From Minisyncoccota bacterium (GTDB lineage Bacteria; Patescibacteriota; Minisyncoccia; Minisyncoccales; JAQTVQ01): a DNA stretch of 56,636 nt. The notes beneath the pieces were generated by a model. The model was not told the DNA's origin. It saw nothing but the letters and a program-made list of their open reading frames with translations, and ran no database searches. The stretch covers positions 1-56,636 of the forward strand of contig JBBABQ010000001.1 in assembly GCA_041657565.1 (NCBI GenBank). Direction: 5' to 3'. A program made the position numbers and the translations under genes. Numbering within the stretch: position 1 is the first letter of the stretch; every line of letters starts with the position of its first letter. Positions 1 through 7,636 of this stretch are shown here, one piece after another.

Positions 1-1
1 C

Positions 2-280
2 TCGGCGGCCAAAGCCGGGATCATCGGATTTACCAAGTCCCTTTCTAAAGAGGTCGGGCGTTTTGGCGTAAGGGTCAACGCTGTCGCTCCCGGATTTATA
101 GAAACGAAAATGGCGGAGGCTATTCCCGAACAAATGAAAACAGCCGTCAAACAGCTGACCAGCCTGGGAAGGTTCGGCAAGCCGGAAGAGGTTGCCAGCG
201 TTATCGCGTTCCTTGCGTCTCCTGAAGCGAGCTTCGTGACAGGAGTGGTTTTGAATATAGATGGCGGACTGGCACTCTAA
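2..280 (+). CDS. fabG: 3-oxoacyl-[ACP] reductase (FabG-type SDR), C-terminal fragment; 5' end lies outside the window
   Basis: Frame 2 is open from the window edge to TAA 278-280. The translation [37 protein letters not shown]...[37 protein letters not shown] matches the conserved C-terminal half of FabG-type SDRs. It is absent from the ORF track because it has no start in the window. Confidence 0.8.
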   Translation, partial: SAAKAGIIGFTKSLSKEVGRFGVRVNAVAPGFIETKMAEAIPEQMKTAVKQLTSLGRFGKPEEVASVIAFLASPEASFVTGVVLNIDGGLAL

Positions 281-395
281 AATGCAAAATTTAAAAATCA
301 AAATGAAAAATTGTCGTATCGCTTCGCGATAGATATATCATCCCGCCAACGGCGGGATACCATAATTTTACATTTTGATATTTGCATTTTAAATT
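279..395. repeat. Composite intergenic inverted repeat: AT-rich arms with two small GC hairpins inside
   Basis: aaaatgcaaa (279-288) pairs perfectly with tttgcatttt (381-390). atcaaaatg (297-305) pairs with cattttgat (371-379). Inner stem-loops are tatcgc-ttc-gcgata (317-331) and atcccgcc-aac-ggcgggat (340-358). Confidence 0.7.
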
Positions 396-633
396 ATCGT
401 TAATAGCCAGATAGCCTTCCAAAATATCAACTGATTGACGATAAAATTAATTTATGGCCTGATGTTATTCGGCTCTCGACCTTCGGCACGCAAAATTATA
501 AAATAGAGATGTTGTCGGGCCTCGCTGAATAGCGGGGCCAAAAATCTTCGAGGCAAAAAAGTCGCGGAAATAATCAGAAGTAAAATAAACTTCTCCGGCC
601 TTAAGCCAGGAGAGGGAAAGGCAAAAAAATAAA

Positions 634-1611
634 ATGTTAATAATAAGCCAAAAACAGGTTAAGAAACTTCTTCCTTTAAGCAATATCAAAACGGTCATCA
701 AGGCCGTCGAAAACGCTTTCGGCGATTACGGCAAAGAGCTCGTACAAATGCCTTGCAAACAATATCTTTATTTCACCGAGAACAACGGCGACTTGAGGGT
801 CATGCCTTCCTACTCTTCGGTTTTGAAAATGGCCGGAACAAAAATAGTCAACGTCCACCCGGACAATCCCAAAAAGGGGATGCTGACCGTTATGGCCAGC
901 ATTATTTTAAATGATCCCAAAAACGGAATGCCGGTAGCTTTGATGGACGGGAGCTATATCACCGCGCTGAGAACCGGAGCCGCCGGAGCGGTAGCGGCCA
1001 AATATCTGGCCCGCGAGGATGCCGTTACTTTGGGAGTTGTCGGAGCCGGGATCCAAGCGGTCTATCAGATCGCCGCGACGTCCAAGGTCCGCAAGCTTAA
1101 ATCCATAGCGGTCGCAGACCCGAACGAAAAAGCCGTTAAAAATTTGATCAAGGTCATGGCCAAAGAAGGAATAGAGGTCCATGCCGCCGGGATCGAAGAA
1201 GTTTGCGGAATGGATATCCTGACCACAACCACTCCGGTCAGAAAACCGATCGTCAAAAAAGAATGGATCAGGCCCGGCACCCACATCAACGCCATCGGCG
1301 CGGACGCGGCCGGCAAAGAAGAACTCGATCCGGAAATTTTAAAAATGGCGAAAGTGGTCATCGACGATTGGGCGCAAGCCAGCCATTCCGGAGAGATCAA
1401 TGTTCCTCTCAGCCAGGGGATAATAACCAAAGAGAACATTTGGGCCGGACTCGGCGATATCGTGGCCGGGAAGAGGGTCGGAAGGAACACTCCCGAAGAA
1501 ATAACCGTTTTCGACTCGACCGGACTGGGACTTCAAGACCTTTACACAGCCGCAGAGGTCATGAAGCTTGCCAAAAAAGAAGGCGTAGGCAAAGAGATAG
1601 AACTTATCTAG
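634..1611 (+). CDS. Ornithine cyclodeaminase / mu-crystallin family NAD(P)-dependent enzyme (archaeal-type alanine dehydrogenase-like)
   Basis: 325-aa ORF. It carries the family pattern ...GDLRVMPSY...GTKIVNVHPDNP...DGSYITALRTGAAGAVAAKYLA and the Rossmann motif LGVVGAGIQA. Confidence 0.8.
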   Translation: MLIISQKQVKKLLPLSNIKTVIKAVENAFGDYGKELVQMPCKQYLYFTENNGDLRVMPSYSSVLKMAGTKIVNVHPDNPKKGMLTVMASIILNDPKNGMPVALMDGSYITALRTGAAGAVAAKYLAREDAVTLGVVGAGIQAVYQIAATSKVRKLKSIAVADPNEKAVKNLIKVMAKEGIEVHAAGIEEVCGMDILTTTTPVRKPIVKKEWIRPGTHINAIGADAAGKEELDPEILKMAKVVIDDWAQASHSGEINVPLSQGIITKENIWAGLGDIVAGKRVGRNTPEEITVFDSTGLGLQDLYTAAEVMKLAKKEGVGKEIELI

Positions 1612-1628
1612 CCTCTAAAGATATAGAT

Positions 1629-1663
1629 CGCTTGCTGCCCGTCTTTTAGGCGGGCAGCGAGCG
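1629..1663 (+). terminator. GC-rich stem-loop 18 nt after the OCD-family stop (no clear U-tract)
   Basis: cgcttgctgcccg (1629-1641) pairs with cgggcagcgagcg (1651-1663). The stem is 13 bp with one G-U pair and a 9-nt loop. Confidence 0.4.
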
Positions 1664-1717
1664 GAAAGGCCAGACACTCCGCAATAAAATTAAAAGGGCC
1701 GTATTAAAGTGGAGATC

Positions 1718-1784
1718 AGCTTGTATTTTGTAGAAAAGCGCGATTTAAAAAGATCTACAAGCTACAAGCTAATTCCTACAAGCT
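1718..1784. repeat. CTACAAGCT-family intergenic hairpin, short copy
   Basis: The left arm is cagcttgtattttgtaga. The right arm ctacaagctacaagctaattcctacaagct (1755-1784) is identical to the right arm at 54712-54741. It ends 12 nt before ATG 1797. Confidence 0.65.
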
Positions 1785-1796
1785 AAGAGAAACGCT

Positions 1797-3296
1797 ATGT
1801 TGTATTCCAAAGAACAAGTAAAAAAGATCATTCCCTACGACGACCCGTTCCTTTGGGTCGATGAAGTGGAGAGCATGGAAGACGATACGATCGTCGGCTA
1901 CAAACAAACCTTGCCCACCGACGCATATTTTAAAGGCCACTTCACGGATTTCCCGATAATGCCGGGCGTACTTGTAGTGGAAGGCCTTGCCCAAACCGGG
2001 ACTATTTTGCTCCGTGAAAAACTCGGCAAAGACCATCAGCAAAAACATATCCTGGCCTATCAAGTAAGAAGCGCCATGTTCTATTCGCCGATAATGCCGG
2101 GAGACAGGATCAAATACAAGGTCAAACTTCTCGGCGTATACGGCTCCAAGATCGCCAATTTCGTGGGAGAGGCCTTTGTGGGAGATGTCTTGAAGTGCGA
2201 GCTTAGATTCTCAACAGCCGTTCTCGATAAAAAAGAAATGCAAGAAAAATTCCTGTCCGAAAAAACTGACCACAAAACAGAGAAGAAAAATTTATTCAAC
2301 CTCCCGGAACTGAGAGTGGGCAAATTTATCGCGAAGCTCCCGATCATCCAAGGAGGGATGGCTGTCCGCGTCTCCCTTCACAAATTGGCCGGCAATGTCG
2401 CCAAAGAAGGCGGCGTCGGCATAATCGCCGTCTCGGGAATGAAAGACGGCCAGGAAGTTAAAGACGAGATCAGAAAAGCGCGCGCCATCGCCGGAAAGGA
2501 CGGAGTCATCGGCATCAATATAATGGGGGTCGTTGGACAGTTCAAACAGCTGGTCAAAGCCGCCGTAGAAGAGAAGGTCGATCTTATCGTTCAGGGAGCG
2601 GGATTCCGCACCGATATCTTCGAAATGACCAGAGAAAGCTCCATTCCTGTTTTTGCCATGGCCTCTTCGGCCAAAGTAGCGAAAAAAGCGGAAGAAGCCG
2701 GCGCCTCGGCGATCATCGTTGAAGGCTCCGATGCCGGAGGCCATCTAGGTTTTCCTCACGGCCACCCGTTCCGAAAGACCATCGACATAATCAAAGAGGT
2801 CGTCAAAGAGGTTCATATACCCGTGATCGCGGCTGGAGGGATATTCGATGGTAAAGACATAGTCGAGATGCTGAGAGCCGGAGCGAAAGGCGTCCAGATG
2901 GCGACCCGCTTCGTTTCGACCGAAGAGTGCGATGCCGACATCAAATTCAAAGAAGCGCACATCAACGCAAAGAAGGAAGACGTCGTTATAATCCATTCGC
3001 CCGTGGGCTTGCCCGGACGGGCGGTAAGGACCCCGTTCGTGGACAAACTTCTGAAGGGGACCGCCCCGAAACCGAACCCGATCGAATGCCAAGGCTGTAT
3101 CGGACCGGTATGCGATAAAAGCTATTGCATTTTGAAAGCCCTGGAGAACGCCCGCAAAGGCGACCTGGAAAACGGCCTGGTCTTTGCCGGAGCCAATGTT
3201 TGGAGGGTAAATAAAATGATGACCGTTAAAAACCTTATAAAAGAACTGGCCGACGAAGCGAACGCAATATTAGCCAAAGAACCTTTAATCGTATAA
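1797..3296 (+). CDS. Fusion protein: FabZ/FabA-like hotdog dehydratase (N-terminal ~145 aa) plus FabK/nitronate-monooxygenase-type FMN enoyl reductase, with a Cys-rich tail
   Basis: The N-terminus has PFLWVDEV...YFKGHFTDFPIMPGVLVVEGLAQ, which carries the FabZ catalytic His and Glu context. The C-terminal part has LPIIQGGMAV, DAGGHLG and IPVIAAGGIFDG (FabK/NMO TIM-barrel motifs). The tail carries CQGCIGPVCDKSYC. Confidence 0.8.
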   Translation: MLYSKEQVKKIIPYDDPFLWVDEVESMEDDTIVGYKQTLPTDAYFKGHFTDFPIMPGVLVVEGLAQTGTILLREKLGKDHQQKHILAYQVRSAMFYSPIMPGDRIKYKVKLLGVYGSKIANFVGEAFVGDVLKCELRFSTAVLDKKEMQEKFLSEKTDHKTEKKNLFNLPELRVGKFIAKLPIIQGGMAVRVSLHKLAGNVAKEGGVGIIAVSGMKDGQEVKDEIRKARAIAGKDGVIGINIMGVVGQFKQLVKAAVEEKVDLIVQGAGFRTDIFEMTRESSIPVFAMASSAKVAKKAEEAGASAIIVEGSDAGGHLGFPHGHPFRKTIDIIKEVVKEVHIPVIAAGGIFDGKDIVEMLRAGAKGVQMATRFVSTEECDADIKFKEAHINAKKEDVVIIHSPVGLPGRAVRTPFVDKLLKGTAPKPNPIECQGCIGPVCDKSYCILKALENARKGDLENGLVFAGANVWRVNKMMTVKNLIKELADEANAILAKEPLIV

Positions 3297-3345
3297 AATT
3301 CAAAATCAAAAATAATTTGAAATTTGGATTTTGACATTTGGATTT
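3297..3345. repeat. TTTGGATTT/AAATCCAAA-family AT-rich repeat unit
   Basis: aattcaaaatcaaaaataatttgaaatttggattttgacatttggattt shares tttgaaatttggatttt and gacatttgga with the elements at 6862-6971 and 56041-56152. It ends 8 nt before ATG 3354. Confidence 0.55.
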
Positions 3346-3353
3346 AACAGCTT

Positions 3354-4271
3354 ATGTTCGAGAACAATAAAGTAACAAAACTTTTCGGGATAGAATATCC
3401 GATCATCCAAGGAGGGATGGCCGGGATATCCGAGTCCAGCCTTGTCTCCGCCGTTTCCAACGCCGGAGGCTTGGGGACGATCGGCGCAGGGCTGATGCCC
3501 GCCGCCTGGGTCGAACAGGAGATACAAAAAACCAAAAAAATGACGGACAAGCCTTTCGCCGTCAATCTGTTCATGCAAAATACCAAGGTGGAAGAGATCA
3601 TCAAGGCCATCATAAAGAACAAAGTTCCGATCGTTTTCATCGGAGGGGGAAACCCGATGCTTGTGATGCCTTATTTAAAAAATTCCGGGATAAAAACGAT
3701 ACCCGTGGTTCCTTCGCCGCGCCTGGCAAAAAAAGTTGAAGACAACGGCGCCGATGCCGTAGTGGTCGAAGGCATAGAATCGGGCGGACACCTCGGGCCG
3801 AACACCACTTTTTGCTTGATCCCCCAAACCAGGGAGCTGATCGAAAAAATACCGGTGATCGCGGCTGGAGGGATATTCGACGGACAGACCGCGGCAATGG
3901 CAATGAACGGCGGCGCGGACGGAGTGCAATTGGGGACCAGATTTTTGGCCGTTCCCGAGTGCATCGTTTCCGAAAGCTACAAGAAAAAAATAATAGAAGC
4001 TTCCGCCGATGACATCGAAGTGGTCTTGGCATTCACCGGCCACCCTTTGCGCGTGATCAAAAACAAATGGTCCGAGGATATGAAAAAGCTGGAGAAAAAA
4101 AATGTTTTTCCGGAAGAGCTGAAAGCGGAAAAGATAGCCGGATCGCTGGGAGGGGAGAACGTCGACAACATACCTCTTCTGTCCGGGCTTTGCGCAGCCA
4201 GCATAAAAGAGATCAAAAACTGCAAAGAGATAGTCGACGAAATAGCCGGCGCCCTGAAAAAATATGAATAA
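3354..4271 (+). CDS. fabK: Enoyl-[ACP] reductase II (FabK, FMN-dependent)
   Basis: 305 aa. Motifs are YPIIQGGMAG, ESGGHLG, IPVIAAGGIFDG and GADGVQLGTRF. Overall it is collinear with streptococcal-type FabK as I recall it. Confidence 0.85.
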   Translation: MFENNKVTKLFGIEYPIIQGGMAGISESSLVSAVSNAGGLGTIGAGLMPAAWVEQEIQKTKKMTDKPFAVNLFMQNTKVEEIIKAIIKNKVPIVFIGGGNPMLVMPYLKNSGIKTIPVVPSPRLAKKVEDNGADAVVVEGIESGGHLGPNTTFCLIPQTRELIEKIPVIAAGGIFDGQTAAMAMNGGADGVQLGTRFLAVPECIVSESYKKKIIEASADDIEVVLAFTGHPLRVIKNKWSEDMKKLEKKNVFPEELKAEKIAGSLGGENVDNIPLLSGLCAASIKEIKNCKEIVDEIAGALKKYE

Positions 4272-4926
4272 ATTCGGATCGCTCCTTTGCACGATATTTT
4301 TAAAGCCGCTCATAGAGGCTTTTCTGGTCAAAAAGATCGAAGGCCTGGAAAATCTTCCGAAAGGCAATTTCATCTTGGCCGTTAACCACCAGAGCAATCT
4401 GGACCACGTGGCCGCGGGCTATGTCTGTCTGCCCAGGAGTTTCAGGTTCATAGGCCAATACGACGGGCACAGCGGCTGGAAACAATGGCTTGTCAAAGCG
4501 GTATACGCATTTACCGGAGTGATCCCTTTGGACCGCACAAACAGCGAATCGAAAAAAGACGTCCTTGAGAAAGCCGTCGGGTACGCGAAAAAAGGAGATA
4601 TTATCATCCTTTACCCGGAAGGAACCCGCACGAGGACCGGACAGATCGGGGAGCCCAAGCCGGGAGTTGCGAAAATATTCCTCGGGTCGGGGGTGCCGAT
4701 CGTCCCGATTGCGGTCAAGGGCACCTTCGAGCTTTTTCCGCCGCACGGCAAGCTTAAAATAAAAAGGATAATCGAAATAAAGGTCGGCAAGCCGATCTAT
4801 TTCGAGAAAGAGTTCCAATCCGCGAAAAATTTGTCTTATAAATCGGAGGAATATAAAGATCTCTGCCAAAAAATATCCGAAAAAGCGATGGACGAGATCA
4901 TCGGCCTGGCCGGTCAAAAAAAATAA
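4264..4926 (+). CDS. plsC: 1-acyl-sn-glycerol-3-phosphate acyltransferase
   Basis: The HX4D motif is NHQSNLD and the second motif is YPEGTRTRTG. The start overlaps the fabK stop by 8 nt (ATGAATAA). Confidence 0.8.
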   Translation: MNKFGSLLCTIFLKPLIEAFLVKKIEGLENLPKGNFILAVNHQSNLDHVAAGYVCLPRSFRFIGQYDGHSGWKQWLVKAVYAFTGVIPLDRTNSESKKDVLEKAVGYAKKGDIIILYPEGTRTRTGQIGEPKPGVAKIFLGSGVPIVPIAVKGTFELFPPHGKLKIKRIIEIKVGKPIYFEKEFQSAKNLSYKSEEYKDLCQKISEKAMDEIIGLAGQKK

Positions 4927-6464
4927 TGAGGGAAATTAAAAAAATATTGATAGCCAACAGGGGAGAGGTGGCTTTGCGCATCATCAGAACCTGTAAAGAG
5001 ATGGGGATAAAAACCGCCGCTCTTTGCCCTATGGCCGGACAGGAAAATTATTTCCTCGAGACGAAGTTTGCCGACGAATATTATTTTCTGGAAAAAGAAG
5101 GGTCCCAAGGATATCTGGACCCGCAAAAGATCATCGAAATAGCTAAAAAGTGCGGCGCGGACGCCATCCATCCCGGCTACGGTTTTTTATCGGAAAATTG
5201 GAAATTCGCCGAGCTGTGCGGAAAGAACGGCATCAAATTCATCGGGCCAGACCCGGAAATATTAAAAATATTCGAAGACAAGATCGCGTCGAAAAAAGCG
5301 GCCAAAGCGGCCGGACTCCCGACCCTGCCGGCAAGCGAGGGATCGATCAAAACCCAAAAAGACCTGATAGATTGGGTGGAGAAAATAAAGCCGCCTTTCG
5401 TCCTGAAAGCCCAGCGCGGAGGAGGAGGCATCGGCATCAGGGTAGTTAACGGCCAGATCACGGTCGGAGAGATATCTTCGATATCTTCCGACATCCAAAG
5501 GCAGATGTCCGTTTCTTTCGCGGACGCCGATTTCTTTTTGGAAAAATATCTTTCCGAAGCGAGGCACATCGAATTCCAAATATTGGGCGACGGAAAAAAC
5601 GTCGTCCATCTGGGAGAAAGGGAGTGCACCATCCAAAGAAGGTTTCAAAAACTTTTCGAAGAAGCTCCCTCTCCTTTCATGACCCCGGAATTAAGGAAAA
5701 AAATGGGTACGATGGCGGTCAAACTGGGCCGAGACCTTAAATACGAAGGGGCGGCCACCGTGGAATTTTTGGTGGACAAAGACAGGAACTTTTATTTTAT
5801 GGAGGTCAACCCGCGGCTCCAGGTCGAGCATCCGGTCACCGAAGCCGTGACAGGCATCGACATAGTGGAACAGCAGATCAGGATCGCCAGGGGAGAAAAA
5901 CTCCAATTCCAGCAATCCGATATAGTTTTGAAAGGCTGGGCCGTCGAGGCCAGGATCAACGCCGAAGACCCGCAAAAAAACTTCCAGCCCGGTCCGGGAA
6001 CAGTTTCAAGATACTTGCCTCCGGGAGGACAAGGGATATTCATGCACACCTTTTTGCAAACTGGACAAAAGATCTACCCCTATTTCGACTCCATGCTCGC
6101 GAAGCTGATCGCTTTGGGAAAGACAAGGGAAGAGGCGGTAAACAAATTAAAACGCGCCCTGGACGAACTTATAATAGAAGGGGTTCCGACGACCATCCCG
6201 TTCTTCAAGATGCTTGTCAGGGACGAACTTTTTCTGAAGGGCGAATTTTACACGAATTTCATCGAGCGCAAAGAGATAGCCCAAAAGCTTTCCGAAACGC
6301 CGGCCCAAAAAATTTGCGAGGTCTGCGAGTTCGACGAAAAAGATATCGCCCGCATAACTTTCCAAATATACAAAGAAATGAAAAAGAACAACAAGCCGGG
6401 AAGAAAACAGGGTTCCGCTTCCAACTGGGTGATGGCCCAAAGGCTAAAAATGCTTGGAGAATAA
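4926..6464 (+). CDS. accC: Biotin carboxylase subunit of acyl-CoA carboxylase
   Basis: The N-terminus is KILIANRGEVALRIIRTCKEMGI. ATP-grasp motifs and EVNPRLQVEHPVTE are present. It carries a ~60-aa C-terminal extension. TAATG overlaps the plsC stop. Confidence 0.9.
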   Translation: MREIKKILIANRGEVALRIIRTCKEMGIKTAALCPMAGQENYFLETKFADEYYFLEKEGSQGYLDPQKIIEIAKKCGADAIHPGYGFLSENWKFAELCGKNGIKFIGPDPEILKIFEDKIASKKAAKAAGLPTLPASEGSIKTQKDLIDWVEKIKPPFVLKAQRGGGGIGIRVVNGQITVGEISSISSDIQRQMSVSFADADFFLEKYLSEARHIEFQILGDGKNVVHLGERECTIQRRFQKLFEEAPSPFMTPELRKKMGTMAVKLGRDLKYEGAATVEFLVDKDRNFYFMEVNPRLQVEHPVTEAVTGIDIVEQQIRIARGEKLQFQQSDIVLKGWAVEARINAEDPQKNFQPGPGTVSRYLPPGGQGIFMHTFLQTGQKIYPYFDSMLAKLIALGKTREEAVNKLKRALDELIIEGVPTTIPFFKMLVRDELFLKGEFYTNFIERKEIAQKLSETPAQKICEVCEFDEKDIARITFQIYKEMKKNNKPGRKQGSASNWVMAQRLKMLGE

Positions 6465-6480
6465 ATTTTACGACCACCAA

Positions 6481-6855
6481 ATGAAAATAAAGATCAAAAA
6501 TAAAATTTACGAGGTCAGGATCTCCGAAGAACAAGAGGGGAAGGTAAAGGTCGGCGTGAACGGCCGCAATTTTATTTTTAAAAAGAAGGACGGGCCGAAC
6601 GGAACAGATCCCCGCAAAGATCAGGAGGTTTGCGGAAGATCGCAAAAAGAGATACGCGCCCCGATCACCGGCACCATTTCCAAAATATTCGTTAAAGAAG
6701 GAGAAGAGGTCGAATGCGGACAAAAAATACTGAACCTTTCGGCGATGAAGATGGAAAATGAAATAATTTCCGAATCGGCCGGAAAGATCAAAAAAATAAA
6801 CGCAAAGGAAGGCCAACTGGTGAAAGCAAATGAGTTGTTGGCGGAGATAGAGTAA
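6481..6855 (+). CDS. accB: Biotin carboxyl carrier protein (short, decarboxylase/PCC-type)
   Basis: The biotinylation motif is SAMKMENEI. I prefer ATG 6481 over the TTG at 6454 given in the ORF track, because the latter overlaps accC by 11 nt. Confidence 0.85.
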   Translation: MKIKIKNKIYEVRISEEQEGKVKVGVNGRNFIFKKKDGPNGTDPRKDQEVCGRSQKEIRAPITGTISKIFVKEGEEVECGQKILNLSAMKMENEIISESAGKIKKINAKEGQLVKANELLAEIE

Positions 6856-6861
6856 TCCTTT

Positions 6862-6971
6862 AAATTTCAAAGTCCAAATGTCAAATCAAATCCAAAGCTC
6901 AAAATCCCAAACCGTTTTTGAAATTTGGATTTTGAAATTGATTTGAAATTTGGATTTTAGATTTTGAAATT
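6862..6971. repeat. TTTGGATTT/AAATCCAAA-family long composite hairpin
   Basis: The left arm is aaatttcaaagtccaaatgtcaaatcaaatccaaagctcaaaatcccaaa. The loop is ccgtt. The right arm is tttttgaaatttggattttgaaattgatttgaaatttggattttagattttgaaatt. It starts 7 nt after the accB stop and ends 3 nt before ATG 6975. Confidence 0.7.
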
Positions 6972-6974
6972 ATT

Positions 6975-7508
6975 ATGGTCATCAAGTCTTTCCCCCAGCT
7001 CGATTCCACCAATGCCAAGGCCAAGGAACTGGCTTTAAAGGGCGCGAAGCCTTGGACTGTTGTCGTTGCCGGGGAACAAACGAACGGCTACGGAAAAGAC
7101 CAGCGCGGCTGGTTCTCTCCGAAGGGAGGCCTTTATTTCTCGATCATCCTCCCGAAAAGCAATATAGAGGACCTGCAGACCTTGACCATCCTCGCCGCTT
7201 TCGTAATAGCGAAAACGGTCATGGAAGAACCGGAAGCGGCCCAGACCTTCATCAAACTGCCCAACGACGTCTGGATGAACAACAAAAAGATCGCCGGGAT
7301 ACTGACGGAAAACGTCATCGCCGGGAGAAAGGCCGTCTGCTCCATTATGGGCATCGGCCTTGATACGAACATCGAAAAATTCCCTCCGGAATTGGAAAAA
7401 ATCGCCACATCGCTTAAAATAGAGTTCAAGAGGGAAGTGAGCGAAAAGCAGATGCTGGAAAAAATATTGAAAGGGCTAAAGAAGCAGCTGGCGGTAATAA
7501 GCCGATAA
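6975..7508 (+). CDS. birA: Biotin--[acetyl-CoA-carboxylase] ligase, minimal catalytic domain only
   Basis: 177 aa. Motifs are QLDSTNAKAKE..., WTVVVAGEQTNGYGKDQRGWFSPKGGLYFSIIL and KLPNDVWMNNKKIAGIL. There is no N-terminal HTH and a very short C-terminus. Confidence 0.75.
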   Translation: MVIKSFPQLDSTNAKAKELALKGAKPWTVVVAGEQTNGYGKDQRGWFSPKGGLYFSIILPKSNIEDLQTLTILAAFVIAKTVMEEPEAAQTFIKLPNDVWMNNKKIAGILTENVIAGRKAVCSIMGIGLDTNIEKFPPELEKIATSLKIEFKREVSEKQMLEKILKGLKKQLAVISR

Positions 7509-7628
7509 CGAGCTTGTAGGAATTAGCTTGTAGTTTGTAGGAGTCTTGCCTCCGGCAAGAAAGGAAAAATATATTTTTCCTTTCGCGGAACGAAACGTCT
7601 ACAAGCTACAAGCTAATTCCTAAAAGCT
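7505..7628. repeat. CTACAAGCT-family ~120-bp intergenic element (MITE/REP-like), copy A
   Basis: The arms are agcttgtaggaattagcttgtagtttgtagga and ctacaagctacaagctaattcctaaaagct. The core agaaaggaaaaatatatttttcctttc is identical to the core of the copy at 54613-54741. The birA stop TAA lies in the conserved taacgag left edge. The element ends 8 nt before ATG 7637. Confidence 0.8.
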
Positions 7629-7636
7629 AACAACAC

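Noticed and set aside
465-701. Small ORFs in non-coding spacers: 465-701 (-), 12437-12673 (-), 38077-38283 (-), 42391-42633 (-) and 51011-51193 (-).
   Set aside because: They span promoter, origin or leader regions or overlap neighbouring starts. They have hydrophobic low-complexity translations typical of AT-rich DNA and no supporting motif.
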